Part shown: piece after piece, positions 1 to 13,916 of the stretch
How positions within the stretch are numbered: the stretch's first letter is position 1
How the letters are laid out: every line of letters starts with the position of its first letter
Assembly (NCBI GenBank): GCA_028534125.1
Contig: CM052818.1
Location: 498,001-562,000 of the forward strand
Source: Lama glama
Lineage: Eukaryota
Direction: 5' to 3'
DNA: 64,000 nt
Made by a program: the position numbers and the translations under genes
Notes under the pieces: generated by a model
Seen by the model: the letters and a program-made list of their open reading frames with translations, nothing else
What the model was told of the DNA's origin: nothing
Databases searched by the model: none

Positions 1-88
1 ATGCTGTACACCTGATATAACTAATAAAAGATTGTAAATCAATTCTACTGTAATTAAAATATATATATATACACACACACACACACAC
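1..88 (+). mobile_element. L1 3' terminus followed by a (TA)n(CA)n microsatellite
   Basis: gctgtacacctga...attgtaaatcaattctact resembles an artiodactyl L1 3' end; followed by TA and CA repeats. Confidence 0.65.
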
Positions 89-625
89 GTTTGAACCTAT
101 CTATCAATGTCAGTGAAGTCTCTGTGAAAGAAAAAAATTAACTTTTACTACTTTCTTATAATCCTTTTCTCCCGATTCCATCCCCCAGATTATAGGAATC
201 TGTAATTTTATAGATCCAGGGTGTTTCTATATTGTGAAATTTCTCTTTTAACAGTAGAAATTGGCAGTAAACTTCCTAATCACATTAATAGTAGTTACTT
301 TATACTTAACTCTGTTCTGCTGGTCATTCACTGACCACTGTTTTCTTGTTACAACTTCTTCCCATTTCTTGATTCTTTATTTTGATTCATTTTTCAGTTG
401 GTTGAAATATATTTTAGAGAAACTTTTTGGAAAGTGAGTGGTATCATTTCTGAGTGATTGCTTGTCTATATGTCTTCAGTTTCTTTTGTAGGGAAGTATT
501 ATATGGTTCTGATCTTTAAAAAAAAATGTAGATAATTCATGCTTTTCCTCCACCTTAGGTTTTTGTGTTGTTTTGCTTATATGAATTGTTCACATTTTGC
601 CAGGATAGGTCCGGTTGTGGGTACC

Positions 626-676
<51 letters not shown>
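626..676. repeat. Compound (TG)n(GA)n microsatellite
   Basis: Visible directly in the sequence. Confidence 0.95.
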
Positions 677-680
<4 letters not shown>

Positions 681-1911
681 ACTATATGCGTAAATCTATA
701 TTAAATCTTTTCTCAGTGACTCAGTGAATTTCTTAGATGGAAAGTCTCACACCTCAGAGATTTTCTTTAATTTTTCTTCTTTGATTTTGGCTGCTTTTTT
801 ATCTGATCAGTTCCCACGACTGTAACTCCTAGTCATCCCGTGGTTTTAAACTTCATTGTCGTTCTAAAATACTTGGAGGTAAGCCATGTTTCTGTTAGAC
901 AGTGATTCTCACTGATGGTGAAATTTGATGAGAGGGCATCACATACCTTACGAGTAGTGGTCTTCCTCTGCTCATCTCTTTTTTATTGGGGGTGACATGT
1001 CCCTGTATTGGACTCTAACTGCATGAGAAGGAAAATTATTTCCTCTGAGTGGGTAGCTTTATCTGAGGTATCATTTTAGCCCTTGTTTGAAAAGTTGTTT
1101 GATACAGAATTGTATTACCTGCTGTAAGGTAGGACACAAGTGACATTATGGCTTGCTGTGTCTTTCCAGAGGAAAGAAAGGAAAAAACAAAAAATACCCT
1201 ACCACTATGCAACAGTGTGTATTGGGTCTCCTAAACTGTGTGTCTTTTCATTTCTTTCATAATTTTCTGCTTTTTTTCCTCTTAGTTTAGGGAAATTTTC
1301 TTGAGTTGGTATCTATGTGACAGTCACTGGTTAGGTTGACTGAAGTTTAGTCTGATGGTTACCATCTTCATTGGGTGTTTTGTTTTGGCAGCTGCGTTTT
1401 TCCCATCTAAGAATGTTCTTTTCCTATTGCTCTTTTTTTTTTAATAGCCTGTTTTACCAATGTGTTAGTCTTGTGAATCTCATCGAGATTTTTTCTGTTT
1501 TCTCCTGTTTCCCATATCAGCTGTGTCCTGAGAGGCTGCTTGTCCTGAGCACATGGATTGGTCCTCTCCTTTTGAGTGGCTGGGTATTTTCACATCCAGT
1601 GATTAGCCCTCTGTCTGTTTAAATGTTTGAAGGGTTGTTTGCATACGTTCTGTCGCTGAGATGGGTTCTTTCAGCTGTTTTGTAGGCCTCTGTGCGATAT
1701 TTTATCCTCGGCTAGCCCGCAGCCTGCTGATAGAAGCCCCCGCCCAGTCAACCGAGTACCTCTGCCCACATAGGGGGCTTCCGCGCTGTGTCAGGACTAC
1801 ATACACTACACACCAGGGGCTCCCTAGTGACACCATCAGAGACTCGAGTAGCTTCAAATTTGTCCCCTGCTTCTACCTCCAGCTCTTAGCCAGGGGCCAT
1901 TTGTGAGGCTG

Positions 1912-1913
<2 letters not shown>

Positions 1914-1946
<33 letters not shown>
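1914..1946. repeat. (TG)n microsatellite
   Basis: Visible directly in the sequence. Confidence 0.95.
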
Positions 1947-1949
<3 letters not shown>

Positions 1950-2349
1950 GGGGATGGAAGGAGGGAGACTGTTTTGTGAACCTCTCTGCTCTGCCTGCTG
2001 AAGCCTTCCAAAGGGCTCGGACCCTTCTTTGGAATCCAGGCAGGCCTGATATTTAGCCAAACTGGACCATTGGTTGTCTGACCCTTTTCCCCACTCCTGT
2101 ATTTTTGTCTCTACCTAAGATTTCTTCTTCCTCCTATTTCCATCTGTGGAAATTCCATGTCACTTCCCAGCTTAATGCCACTTTTTCCCAGAAACTTTCT
2201 CAGATTCCCTCCACCATACATGATCACCCCTTCGTGCTGTGTTCTGCTTTATAGTCTAGCTGTCTGTATCTTTGTCACCCCTCTCCTTTTGCATTATGAG
2301 CTCCTTGCGTTTGGGAGCCATGTCTCGCTCACCTTAATATGGAGAAGTA

Positions 2350-2530
2350 TTAGAATAAAGAAGTTAGAGGAAGCCAGGTTTGAGTGTCCACTGGACACTT
2401 ACTCACCATGAAACCTTGGACAAGTAAGTTACTTAGCCTTTCTGAGAGGATATTCTCAAGAAAATGTGCGTAACCATAGTACCTACCTCATGAAGCTGTT
2501 TTTGCAGATTAAATGAGATAACAGAGCACA
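2350..2530 (+). mobile_element. MIR SINE remnant
   Basis: MIR core-like text (ccttggacaagt...acttagcctttctgag...agtacctacctcatgaagctgtt...gattaaatgagata). Boundaries approximate. Confidence 0.65.
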
Positions 2531-3339
2531 GTGAACATTGAGATAAATCTTATTTTTTGTTTTCTGTACCCCTTATAGCACCTAGCTCATGTAGTGTCTC
2601 CTCCACACAGGCCTTCAGTTAATGGTGACTGAATGAATGCAGATCCAAAATGCTTTGCTCAGAACTCACTTTTGCACTGAGTCAGTGGCAGAGCCCAGGG
2701 GAAGAACCCAGGGTTCCTGAGTATCTTACACATGTTCCCACCTGCAGCTGCTGAGTAAGTGGGTTTTCAGATGCCTTTCGTAAAGTCTCCAGAATCCAGG
2801 AGGAGAGATTTGTTTGTTTTTGTCTGTTCATTTGTTTGTTTGCTTAACAAATTATAGCCTTGCTGTAAGAGAGAGAGCACTCTATTTGGTTGGTTTGATT
2901 TTCAAATAATGTTACTCTCTTGTCTGGGTTGAAGTTTGAAAAAGAAATAGCCACAAATGGAAGCTCAGAAGAGAAGCAACAGAGTGCTCTGCTCCAAGGA
3001 GAGGTTTAGAAGGCTGTTGGTTGTCAGCCCCTCCTCCGACCTGCTCTGCAAGCCCTTCAGTCAGTGACTGTGCTAACCTTTGTGTGGTTCTCCCTCTGGT
3101 CTCTCTGGTATATTGACGGTGGTGTGCCATTTCCCTCTGTCAGAGTCTTGTCTAATAAGGTAGGAAGATCTCTTCCTTGATGATGTATTTTTGACTAAGC
3201 TAAGGGGTGTGATTGTATCTTTTTAGTGGACGGAAACTTTTATAATAGCTTCTCTCACTGGTTATCACACCTGTGGGGGTGGGGATTGGAGGTGGTTCAT
3301 GCCTTCTAGGAAATTCTCCATCTTGTAATTTGCCTCTAG

Positions 3340-3527
3340 GCCGGCACAACTCCAAATCTCGGAAACTTGCTGGATATGATGTACCAGAAGCCGGCACGAT
3401 GGTCCTACACATTCCAGACATTTTCTTTTATGAGCCGCCTGAAAGTACAGTTGGAGCCCTTACCTGAGAAACTCTTAGAGGCCAACAAGGCGGTACAGAT
3501 CTTTGAGAGGTCTGTGTACAGTGACAG
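3340..3527 (+). CDS. DGUOK: Deoxyguanosine kinase, coding exon (equivalent to human exon 3), 188 nt
   Basis: ctctag| acceptor and |gtaaga donor. Translates [62 protein letters not shown](R), including the deoxynucleoside-kinase ERS and start of the DRY motif. Exons 1-2 lie upstream of the window. Confidence 0.97.
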
Positions 3528-6500
3528 GTAAGACCCTGAGACCCCACGCCAGTCACGGGCTCCGTGCTCAGCCCTGCATGCTTTCTCCTCTCGCTCAGAC
3601 CCTGCACTGCTCTGCTCATTGAAAATTATACTTGGGAAAATTGCCTTCTTTTTAAAGACAACACTATATAGATTTGTTCGGACTTACAAATTTCACAGAG
3701 TTCCCATATATGTCAGGAAAGGAAATTGTGTTTCTCATAAACTGAATGCACTTAATTTCTCATATTGACACTGATTATGTTTCCTTATTCTTTTCCAACG
3801 TCGAAGCAGGCTGGTAGCTACCTAGTGTAACCATTACATGCTAAAAGGCACAGAATAGACACTTAAGTAGCAGAGTATCTTCAAGCAAACCAAATGAATC
3901 GGTGGTTGGTGATCACCTTTGAGAAAAAAGCAGACGGAATTAAAATTTGTGTTCTTAAAATGGTAGGAGAAATATGTTTTTCCTTTTTTTATTCTTCGAG
4001 AAAGGATTCCTGAGTAGGAATTGCACATTTGCCCTGAGCTGGACCACCCCCCCTGGAGTCGCTGCCAGTCAAGGCTCGCAGCTAGCTGGGGAGCTAAGCC
4101 CGTCTGTTCTAGAGGAGCTAGTCCCTCTGGGCTCTGGGATTCCTGGTCTGCCACATGACCAGGCTGTGACTTGTGTTTACACCACTCGGAGGTGAAGTAA
4201 GGGTGCCTTGACCTGGACATTGCTGGGGGGTTTTTTATCTGAAGGCCATGAATGACCTGTGTCAGTGAAATGGTGGCTTAAAGCACGATGGTCTATCTTA
4301 AGCCCCTCTGAGTTATCAAAATAGAAGATGCTACATTTGTATTGTGCATTCACTTCTGAGGACACTAGATTGGTTATCCATGTAATTCCAAATTAGACAA
4401 ACTAGTTCTACTTGTGAGTGCTCCCATAAAGCCTCCTGGAGGGAAAAACTGAGGGTACATTTGTCAGTGTTTTGTGATTTTTTTAAACATTACTTAAAAA
4501 CCATTCCAGAAATAAGAACAACCCCTCCAGGCGAGGCTTCCTTCTCTCTGGACTCCAAGAGAGAGACGGCTCTTTTTAAAAGCTAAATATATGAATTATA
4601 AATGGTTCGGCTGTAGATTTGGGTTCTTTTTTGACTGTTGGCCATACTGCTACCTACATTCCTCTCCCTTCTCCCAAACCGCGCCTCTCGGATTAGGAAG
4701 ATGCATTGTGTATAACTATGTGGGTTGCTTGGAAGCGGTCACCATCAGTCTTTTGATTTCCAGCCCTTTAGTGAGGCAGGCACATGCGAGACCCCTCAGA
4801 GATAGAAATATTTTGTTTAGAAGTTGCAAGATCTTAACATGTACTTGTAAAGGAGGAGATGAGGATTGCACTATAAGGATCTACAACATCCTATATTTTT
4901 TTTCAGAGGGGGCATTTTTGAGACAGAGAGGATAACTAATTACACATTCTAATCCATGATGATAATTTAAAGCCTTTCCACTCATTTAAAAATTTATTCA
5001 TTTGTTCATTTGCTCAGCATAGATTCTCACTGAATGCTGCCTGTGTTCAGGCTCCAGAGGTCAGCAAAGCAGACCCAGTCTCTGCCTTCACGGTGACTTT
5101 AGTCTAACAGGGAACCCTGAGGCTGTGTCACAGGTGTTCCAAAGGAGGAGGAAGCTGGGTTGTTTGGGAGAGTGGATGACAGGAGGAAGAAATCTCAGCC
5201 TTTTCTGTTTGAGTTCAGAGAAACAGTAGCATGTAGTTTTATTTTAGAGCAGGGACCCCCGACACCGAGGTCCTCGAGCTGGTTCTCCTGTGCTGCAGTG
5301 GTTCCCTCCCCTCAGCGGCAGCACCACGCCCTTCTAGTCCCTCTCTGCCCCCGTCACCAGCAGCATGGGAGAAATAGGGCTCATCCTCAAAACAGGCGAG
5401 AGCCCTTTTTTTAACGGGGCTTATTAATAGGTATTTACTTTCTCTTGGTAAGATCTTAGTTTCCATGTTACCTGTAAAGAAGCTGAAAACATTTTTCAGA
5501 AACTGAATTAGAAAAGTAACCTCTTGATATCTGGAAGAGAGATTGTGCCTTCTCTCACTTAATACGTAACCGTCTTTGATTACCAGCTAAGATACGGAAT
5601 CACTGTACTGTAAGTAGTCAATAACTGAGAGCTCGTTTCAGGGGGAAAAAAAAGAGTCACCTCCTTTTTCGGTTGCCTTCACCTAGACTCTCGCTAAACC
5701 ATTCCAGACTGGGAGGGTCGGCTTCTGGGGCTCCCAGGTTACTCCCTACATAGCCTGGCAATGAAGTAGTTATCATAACAGCTACAGTGTCTTGAGTCCT
5801 GTGTGTCAGTCACTCTTGTGAGCACCTTGTCAGTATTAGGGACAGTCCTCACAACTCTGGGGTGTTTCTTCTCTCTTTGTTCAGAGGAAGAAACGGGCTG
5901 ATGACTTGCTCGTGGTGACACAGCTAGTGACTTTGGAAGCCAGGATCTGACTCAGGAATGTGCCTCTGCAACCCATTCTCTTATCACAACACTCGCAGCC
6001 TTGTGGTGTGTGCTTCCCTGAGCCGTTCACACACAAGGTTTCTGAATTTCATTTTCCCACAAGTGGCCAGTTGCTGAGCGTTGCCTTAGAAACCAGAATT
6101 CATTGTTCAAAAGATGTAAATTGCGTTTTGTATCAAGATGCCTGAGGTTTGAAAGCAGAGGTGACCCTCCTGAAGCAGTGGGTTCTAGCTGGCGCTGCTG
6201 TCCTGTTTACCACATGCTCCTTCAGTTGTGGAAGTAAGCAAGGCGGGAAGCCACTTTGCTTTTTAGAGTTAGCTCTCTTGTGTCTGGATTAGAAGCTCAG
6301 CAGGAGAGGAAGCACGAGCCCAGCCGAGCTTGCTTTGGAGGAGGGTCTGCTTCCTCAGTAATGCTGCAGTCAGGAGAAGACGCGCTTCTTGCTCCGTGGC
6401 TGACACCGCTTATACATAGTTCCTTCCCCACTTCTCAGTGAGACAGGAGGATGGCTCAGCAGCCCGGAAGCATGGAAGCCTTAAGTCCTTAAATTAGAAG

Positions 6501-6804
6501 TGGTAGATGATTTATACTAGATTGGTTTTTTTTGTTCGGGGGCTTACTTACTATAATAATAAGGAAATCTCAGAAGTTCGAGTTGACGTGCACCACTTAA
6601 TGTCTGTTTTGACTGATATCCAGCAGGGGAAATTGTTAGCGACCAGTGACGTTCTCCTTCAGCGCCCCTTTTCTTCCAGTGGATTCATCCATCCGGAGAG
6701 CTGTGATTTTGGCCCCTAGTAGTCTGAATGCTGTTCTCATCTTAGTGTTGAGCAAGGAGGGAAAGACATAGGTTAAGAATTCAGATTTCTTCAAGTTTGG
6801 TGAG

Positions 6805-6885
6805 GAGCTAGAAAGGTTAAGAGCCAACTATATGTCAATTAAAAAAGAAAAAGGGGGGAAAAATTGATGAGCTAGAAAGGTTAAG
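6805..6885 (+). mobile_element. Extremely 5'-truncated L1 tail with target-site duplication
   Basis: gagctagaaaggttaag at 6805-6821 and 6869-6885 flanks ccaactatatgtcaattaaaaaagaaaa. Confidence 0.75.
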
Positions 6886-6999
6886 TGGTTTGGACAGACA
6901 TGAACAAGTCGGTTATTGATTTTTTTCTTCTCTCTTTTGTCTTTCATTCCATTTTCCATTCTTCCTGCCTTCCCCCATCCCACTTACATTTCCAACCAG

Positions 7000-7147
7000 G
7001 TATATCTTTGCAAAGAATCTTTTTGAGAACGGTTCCCTCAGTGACATGGAATGGCATATCTATCAGGACTGGCATTCTTTTCTCCTGCAGGAGTTTGCCA
7101 GTCGGCTCGGATTGCATGGCTTCATCTACCTCCAGGCTACTCCCCAG
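7000..7147 (+). CDS. DGUOK: DGUOK coding exon (exon 4 equivalent), 148 nt
   Basis: ccaaccag| acceptor, |gtaaca donor. Translates (R)[49 protein letters not shown]; phase matches the previous exon. Confidence 0.97.
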
Positions 7148-10100
7148 GTAACACAGAATCGAAAGCCTTGGACTTCAGGGTCATATGAAACTTCAGAGGT
7201 GATGTTCTCCAAGCCCCTGATTTTCCAGTTGGAAAAATTCGATCGTGGCTGTGCCCTGGAGCACGGTGTGCAGTGGGTGAGCACACCCCCCCCCCATTCT
7301 AGCGTAGGCACCCTTTTCCCACTGGCTTTCTGCAGCAGAGGGCTAAAGCAATTGACCGTGCATAGAAAGTGTCCCTCTTGAAGTAGGAACCACACAGAGG
7401 AAGCTGGGCATTATCTTTATCACCCAGTTTGCAGGTTGGACCCTCTGACCAGCTAACCTGTAGCCAGTTGCCTCAGCGTTTCCTTCCCTCTAACGAGTCA
7501 TCAGAGTCCGTGGTGGTCTTGATGGTTTCCTGAGTAGCATGTCAGGAGGAAGAAAAGGAGGGTATCCACACCTCATCCTGTTACTGCCCTAACATAGAGT
7601 CTCCCTCTGACCTTTGAGGATGCCACTGCTAAAGCGAGATGCACCACGGAAGTTGCATCCCATGGCCCTCTGGCTTGGCCCGTGGAGCCGGCCCAGCACA
7701 CTGCAAGGTGAGGTTATGGCAGAGCACTGAGGACTGGAGGTGGCAGTGGTGCTTGGCTCTGCTAGCAGGCAGTGACCGTGGGCAGCTGCTGGGAGCCCTT
7801 CCCCTGGAGGGGCGCTTGTCTGTCGAGTCAAGCGTCTCAGACTAGTGATCTCTAAGGGCTCTTCTGGAGTGAGACTCTGAGTCAAGGTGGGGGCATTTTT
7901 TTGAGGATTGTGTTGCTCTCAGCTTGTGAGACATACATCTGATGTACAGTCAAATGCCAGCTACACCACATAATCTTAGGAGGGAAAACTCTGTTCAGGC
8001 TAGAGAGACCATTGGTTTTTGGAGACAGGACTGAGCCCTATGGACAGGAGGATGCCTGTGAGCAGATTGAGCAGGGTCAGAAAATACTGGCAGAGTCCCC
8101 ATGGCACCAGCTCACAGGAGCCAGAGAGGAGATGACCTCACAGAAGGTGGCAGCCCGGCAAGGGGCCCTGAGTGTGCCTGGGGCCAGATATTGGGGCTCT
8201 TTGTGTCAGGAGTTTATGAAGATTGTGGGGCAGAAGCTAGATCATGGAAGGAAATAAAGAGCTTCCACAGACATAAGCAGGGTCTGAGGTTTACAGTGAA
8301 ACTCCAGTAGACATTCGATGAAGCCAGAGGGCTGAGAACCTTCTGTGAGAAGAACTAAGTTGAGTCTGGCTGGGTCTCTTATTTATGACTCTTGGAGTAG
8401 CTTCATTGCCTGGGAGCAGGAATAGACAAGGCCAGTTTTGGAGGTGACTGAACTGTAGAGGTGGGGATTGGTGTCAGTGATTAGGGGGAAAAGGAGAGCC
8501 CTGCCAGAGACGATGGTTTGAAGTAGCTGAGTGTAGGGTTCAGGGTGAGAGGAAAGTCCTGGGCTCCAGGAGGGCTCATGGCCTGGACCAGGGATGAGTA
8601 AGAGCCCCGTGGACTTGAACTGGGTGAAGACTGTGGCTGGATATTGAAGAGGTGACAGGTTTCCAGTAAAATAGTTGAAAACAACGGTAGGTTGAAGGGG
8701 TAAGCCTTAGGAGAAGAATCAAGAGGACTGGCTGAGCCTCTTCCTGGTTCCTAACCTGACCTAACCTGCTGGGACGCTGGGACCCGTAAGGAAAGCAAGA
8801 AAGTCTTCCTGACCTCTGTGTGTACTCAGAATGGCTTTGTGAGAAGGGACAGTGGTGATGACAGTGGTGGTAGTGATTACTATTATGGTCTGACTGATCC
8901 ACCTGTTTGGAGAGACTAATTGAGGTCTTCCAGCTGGGGAAGAATAAGGGTTGAGGGAGTATTGTAATTTAATGGTAGAAAAAAATGTATTCATCTGGTG
9001 ACTGCATGGAGATTTGGGTGCTGTTTTGATGCCGTTAGAGCCAGGAGCCCAGGGATGCCGATGCCCATCCCTTGAAGTTACCGCCGATGTCTTCTGTGAG
9101 ATCCAAGAGGGCAGAGCAGAAGTGGCAACATCTCCCCGTGGGAAGCCGTGCAGGTGCTCCGCCACCGGCGCAGAGCCTTAGGAGATGCTGGGTTTGGTGC
9201 GCAGGAGGTGGGCCTGAGGTGGGCCTTTTGCTCCTTCCCACCTGCTCTTCCCTAAACTGTAAAAAACAAGCGAACCAACAATTGAAAAATCAGAAAAGAA
9301 GTGGCTGGGCCTCCGTGCCCCGTGGAATCAGGACAAGAGAGTGTAGCTGGCCAGTGTGCCGCCAAGAGCCAGGCCGTGTTTGCGACATGGAGACAGCATG
9401 CGGGAAGGGCCTGGGGACAAGTGGCACCTGGGTGTGGGGCTCGGGAGGCACAGGGGCCAGAGCCACCAGCAGTCACTGTCCAGTTGCTGTCTCTGACTCC
9501 ACGCAGTCCGCACGGCAGCTCTTCAAGGGGGTGGGGCCAGTAAGTGAAGGGGCGGGTTGACAGAAGGGCCCCTCCCCTGCCGTGGCCAGATGCTCTGTCT
9601 TTCCTAGTCACATTCAGGTGTGTCTTCCCCTAAGGACTGAGGTAAAGCGGGACCAGAATAAAGCACTGTTTGTACAGGATTTTGTGAAAAATAGAACTTC
9701 TTGTAACCATATCAATAAAGCAAGAATCATGCCAAATGCTCAAAATAGAAATTTGCCTAGACTTCTGGGGAAGAAGAAAAGTTTGCTCTGTTAAGCCAAT
9801 TAATAGTGCAAAGGGAAATGTTACCTATTTTAACAGGAGAGACTTTAGCATCAATGTTTGCCTGCCAGCAATGAATGAATAATTATAGCTTTTATAAAAA
9901 GAATAGCTCTGCCCTTGTGTCTACTTGAAAACATAAAGTCACATTTTTAAAAATACACATTTTCATTAATGCCAATGATGTTTTTCTCAGAGAGGAAAAT
10001 TAGATAGCTTTGCTGTGTTTAGAAATCCTGAAGCTGCCTTACAGGCGGGAATGTGACTTGGTTAGCCTCTAAGGAGGCAGGCGGTGTGGCAGTCTGTACT

Positions 10101-12600
10101 AGCAAGTGTACAGACCTTTGCCCTATTTATTAATCATGCTCCTTGGAATTTACTCCGTAAATACGCTCCCACGCGGCACTGTGGCTCATGTGCAAGGCAG
10201 CGTTGGTTGTAATAGCAAGTTATTGCAAACAACCCACGAGGTCATCAGTAGGGACCGGCTGAATATATGATGCTCCATCTATGCCCTGTTAAAGCCTGAA
10301 GTCATGAGAAAGGATTAGAAAGTACTATAGTGATCCGTAACAACAAAACGACGGAGCGATAGGACCCCTTTTAGGTGTGTGTTTTAGAAAGCGAGGCTGG
10401 GATAAGAAAGTGCACATGCATAAAACGTTTCTGAAAGTGCACAGCAAGTCACTACTGTCGGTCATCGTGGGTGGAGGACTGAGGAGCCGGAAGCCAGTGG
10501 AGTAGAGCTGTGTGATGGGGGAGGGAAGGAAACGAGAAGCGATGTCTGGCTGCAGTCAGCAGCGAGGATGAGGGTGTCCGGCAGGAAGACAGGAGGAAAG
10601 AGAGGCGGTTCCGCGTGAAGGAATGTAAAACGTAAACGGTGGACGTAGGAGCACCGGGTAAATGCAGATAGACTGGCTCAGAAGTGAAAGCGTTCAGTGA
10701 ACACGTGCGACGAATACTTATCCACCGCGTCCTCTGCCAGGCCCCACACTAAGCCCTGAGCAGGACGGACTGTGGCCCGCCTCTGGCACTACGCCCTCAG
10801 AGCACCCCGAGTAGACCTCCCGCCATCCTCCGACTCAGCTGAAGTGCCACTGGCGGTCTGCGTTTGTCCGGGGCTCGCACAGCGCCCCGGCTCTCAGAGC
10901 GGTGCTAAGTAAGCGGAGACCAGAGATGAAGGGGGAGCCCCCGCCTCCTCCAGGACGCGCCTCTCTGACTGCCGGAGCCCAACTGCTGCCTCCCTTATCT
11001 GGCCCGCTGCGCTTAATCTAAGCCTCGCAGCTTAGCGCTTGATCTGCTGGTTTGCGTATTTCGTTTTACTTGTTACCTGACTGAATTACAGAGTCCCTAG
11101 GGCAAGGACATATCTACGTTTTACAACAATTCTTGATTCAGGGGAAAGAGGTGTAAAGGGCATGCTGGAAGTACTAACCTGTTAGATCTGTGTTGACCAG
11201 TTTGAAAAGTTGGACATCAGATCGTAAATGAAATGTGTTTACATAACTTTCTTCCCTTTGAGGAAAGATGAGATGAGAGGGAAACAGCAGTCTGTACCTT
11301 TGTGAATATTGTACACGTGGAGATGAGGTTTAAGTGTTTGAAAGAGAGAAGTCTGAAATCAGTGGGCGCGGCTACCTGTTCTTCCCAGGACGGATCACGT
11401 TGAATAACGGGGCGTTTCCCGGGCAGAAGGGAGGAAGGCGGGCAATTCTGGCAAAACACATGCATAGAACAAAAATTTTGAGATTCGAAAGAGCTTGGTC
11501 TGCACTGTAGGCAGAAGGTCAGATCTGGCTGAAGCAGTGAGTCCAGGGGAGGAGCTGAGGAAGTTGAGAGTAGGGATTTAGGAGAGGTGGCCAGACTCCG
11601 AGAATGTCCTGTGTGACCAGTGAAGGAGAAGGTGACACTGTGCTTCAAACTCTCCCATCAGATGAAGGCAGAGTGGAATTATGCACACTCTGGAAGCAGT
11701 GGGGGATGGAGAGTTAGTCTGAAACCTCTGTTGTTTTTTTTTAACTTCCTTTACTTTTGACCTACGTAGGTTTTGCATTCTGCCCCAGAGTGAGTGATAT
11801 GATGTGATGTGAAAGAGATGTTTCAGATTACTTACTCTACCGTCAGTGTGAAGTTACTCAGACTTCTTGAACTGTGGGCAGTAAGGACCCTGGAAAGTGT
11901 TCTAAGCGAGGAGAGTAAGACCATGACAGTCAGCCCTCCGTGCTCGCAGGTGCAGACCCCGCTGACGGGGAGAGCTGGCGACCATTTTACACCTATAAGC
12001 CACTTGAGCAGCCTTGGAGTTAGGTATCTGCAGGGGGTCCTGGAGCCCTCCCCTTCACAGATCCTGAGGGACGACTGTATATTGCAGTATATGGAGGGCA
12101 GACTGAGTGGAAAAACTGGGAACAAAGAACAGCTTTTGCTGGGAACCTGACATGCCTCCCCCTGTGAGTCCTCACAGCCTCCTTGGGTTTGAGTGGAGGC
12201 TGAGGAGGAGGCTCCTGGTGAAGACGGGGATTTCACCCTGGACTTTCTGACCTTAAGGCCGCTGCTCTTTCCGTACACTGCAGGAGGCAGAGAGCCTGAA
12301 GGCTCTGCCCCTGCCCCGGTGACGTGACGAGGGTCTGACCGGGGCAGAGGTGAGAGAGAGGCATGGAGAGAACCAACTGGAGAGAGTAAAGAGAGCCCGG
12401 TGACTTCCTGGATGTGGTTGGGAGGAGGGAAAAGAAGGGTAACTCCAGGTTCCCCGGCTGGATGATGTTTGCCACTAACCTGTGATTGAATAAGGACACA
12501 AGGCTGCAGAAACAAGTCATAGCCGAGAGAGCCCAGGATAGACATGGCGAGTGCGTCTGAGAGCCCCAGACTGCACTGTCACAGCCGAGATCAGCAGTGA

Positions 12601-12747
<147 letters not shown>

Positions 12748-13388
12748 TAAGTGGCAAAGAGAGCGGCAGCGGACAGAGGCCTGCCCCCCTGCCTCCCTGC
12801 AGTCCTGCGCCCCTGTCCCTCTGGCCCCTTGCTTCCCTGCCGCCAGTCTTTACAATACAGGAAGTTCAACATAGCAGCCCCACAAGCATGTTCAGAATGC
12901 ATTGAAATTGTCAAGCATTATCCGAATTAGAAATTTAAAATTAGATGTAATCTAGATATTCCAAGAAACCTTTTGTTAGATTCTGTTTCTCCAGCTTTTT
13001 CATTTTTTGACGTCCTTTTGGATGGAACATGGTGACCAGTGATGATGACCTCGTTGGCTCAGGGTGAAGGGCTGAAAAATTTTAGACATTGTCAGTTTAC
13101 TAAGTTGACATTCCTAGTTTCGGCCCCTTCTCCCCCCAGCCTTGGTGTGCTGTCCGCTTAAAATGTCTGGGGCTCTGACCTTCAGTAGAAGTCTCAAGAC
13201 TAAAGCGAAATCTCAGCCTCATCTTTCCATCCAACTTTATTGAATTCTTTTTTTAAACTGCTGTTTACATGAAATTTCATTGGGAAGCCGTGTGACCTTA
13301 GATCTCTCCTCTGAGTTAGTAAGACTTGGTGAGTATGTGAAACTTGCCGTCTTTTTTCCTGTTCCCTGAATGTTCCCACTTCTTCCAG

Positions 13389-13488
13389 GCTCCACTCTGA
13401 GGCCCTGCTCAACATTCCAGTGCTGGTGTTGGACGTCAATGATGATTTTTCTGAAGAAGTAACCAAACAAGAAGAGCTCATGAAGAGG
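13389..13488 (+). CDS. DGUOK: DGUOK coding exon (exon 6 equivalent), 100 nt
   Basis: tcttccag| acceptor, |gtggga donor. Translates (P)[33 protein letters not shown]. Confidence 0.96.
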
Positions 13489-13916
13489 GTGGGAAAGATG
13501 CCTGCTTTCTGGTGGTTTTCCTTTATTGCACTTTTACCGCTTCAGACTCCAGTATGGGTCTGGTGCTCTGCACCTCAAAGTCACCCCACACTCCGAAGCC
13601 TGTGGGACCTCGTATACATGACTGATGGAACCCCTATTCTGTGGCGTGTTAGGGGCTAGTAATTGTTAAACACTTGACTTGTACGGTGCACTTTCCTGCT
13701 AACTCCTCCTCGAAGGCGTTCTGGAACTAGGGAAGTGAGACCGCTGGCTTCTCCAGCTCTGCGCCTTGATACTGTGTGGCCCTGGGCGGGTGACATTTCC
13801 TGTCCATACCCACTTTCCCTTCCCCACAAAAACTCACGGGCTTGGCAACGCGCGCATTACGGGTATAATCTCCTGGAAATGTGAGGTTTAACTCATGGGT
13901 TTTCTCTTTCCCACAG

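Noticed and set aside
11832..12545. 237-aa minus-strand ORF in DGUOK intron 4
   Set aside because: No recognisable homology or exon structure; Ser/Pro/Leu-rich composition typical of a chance ORF.
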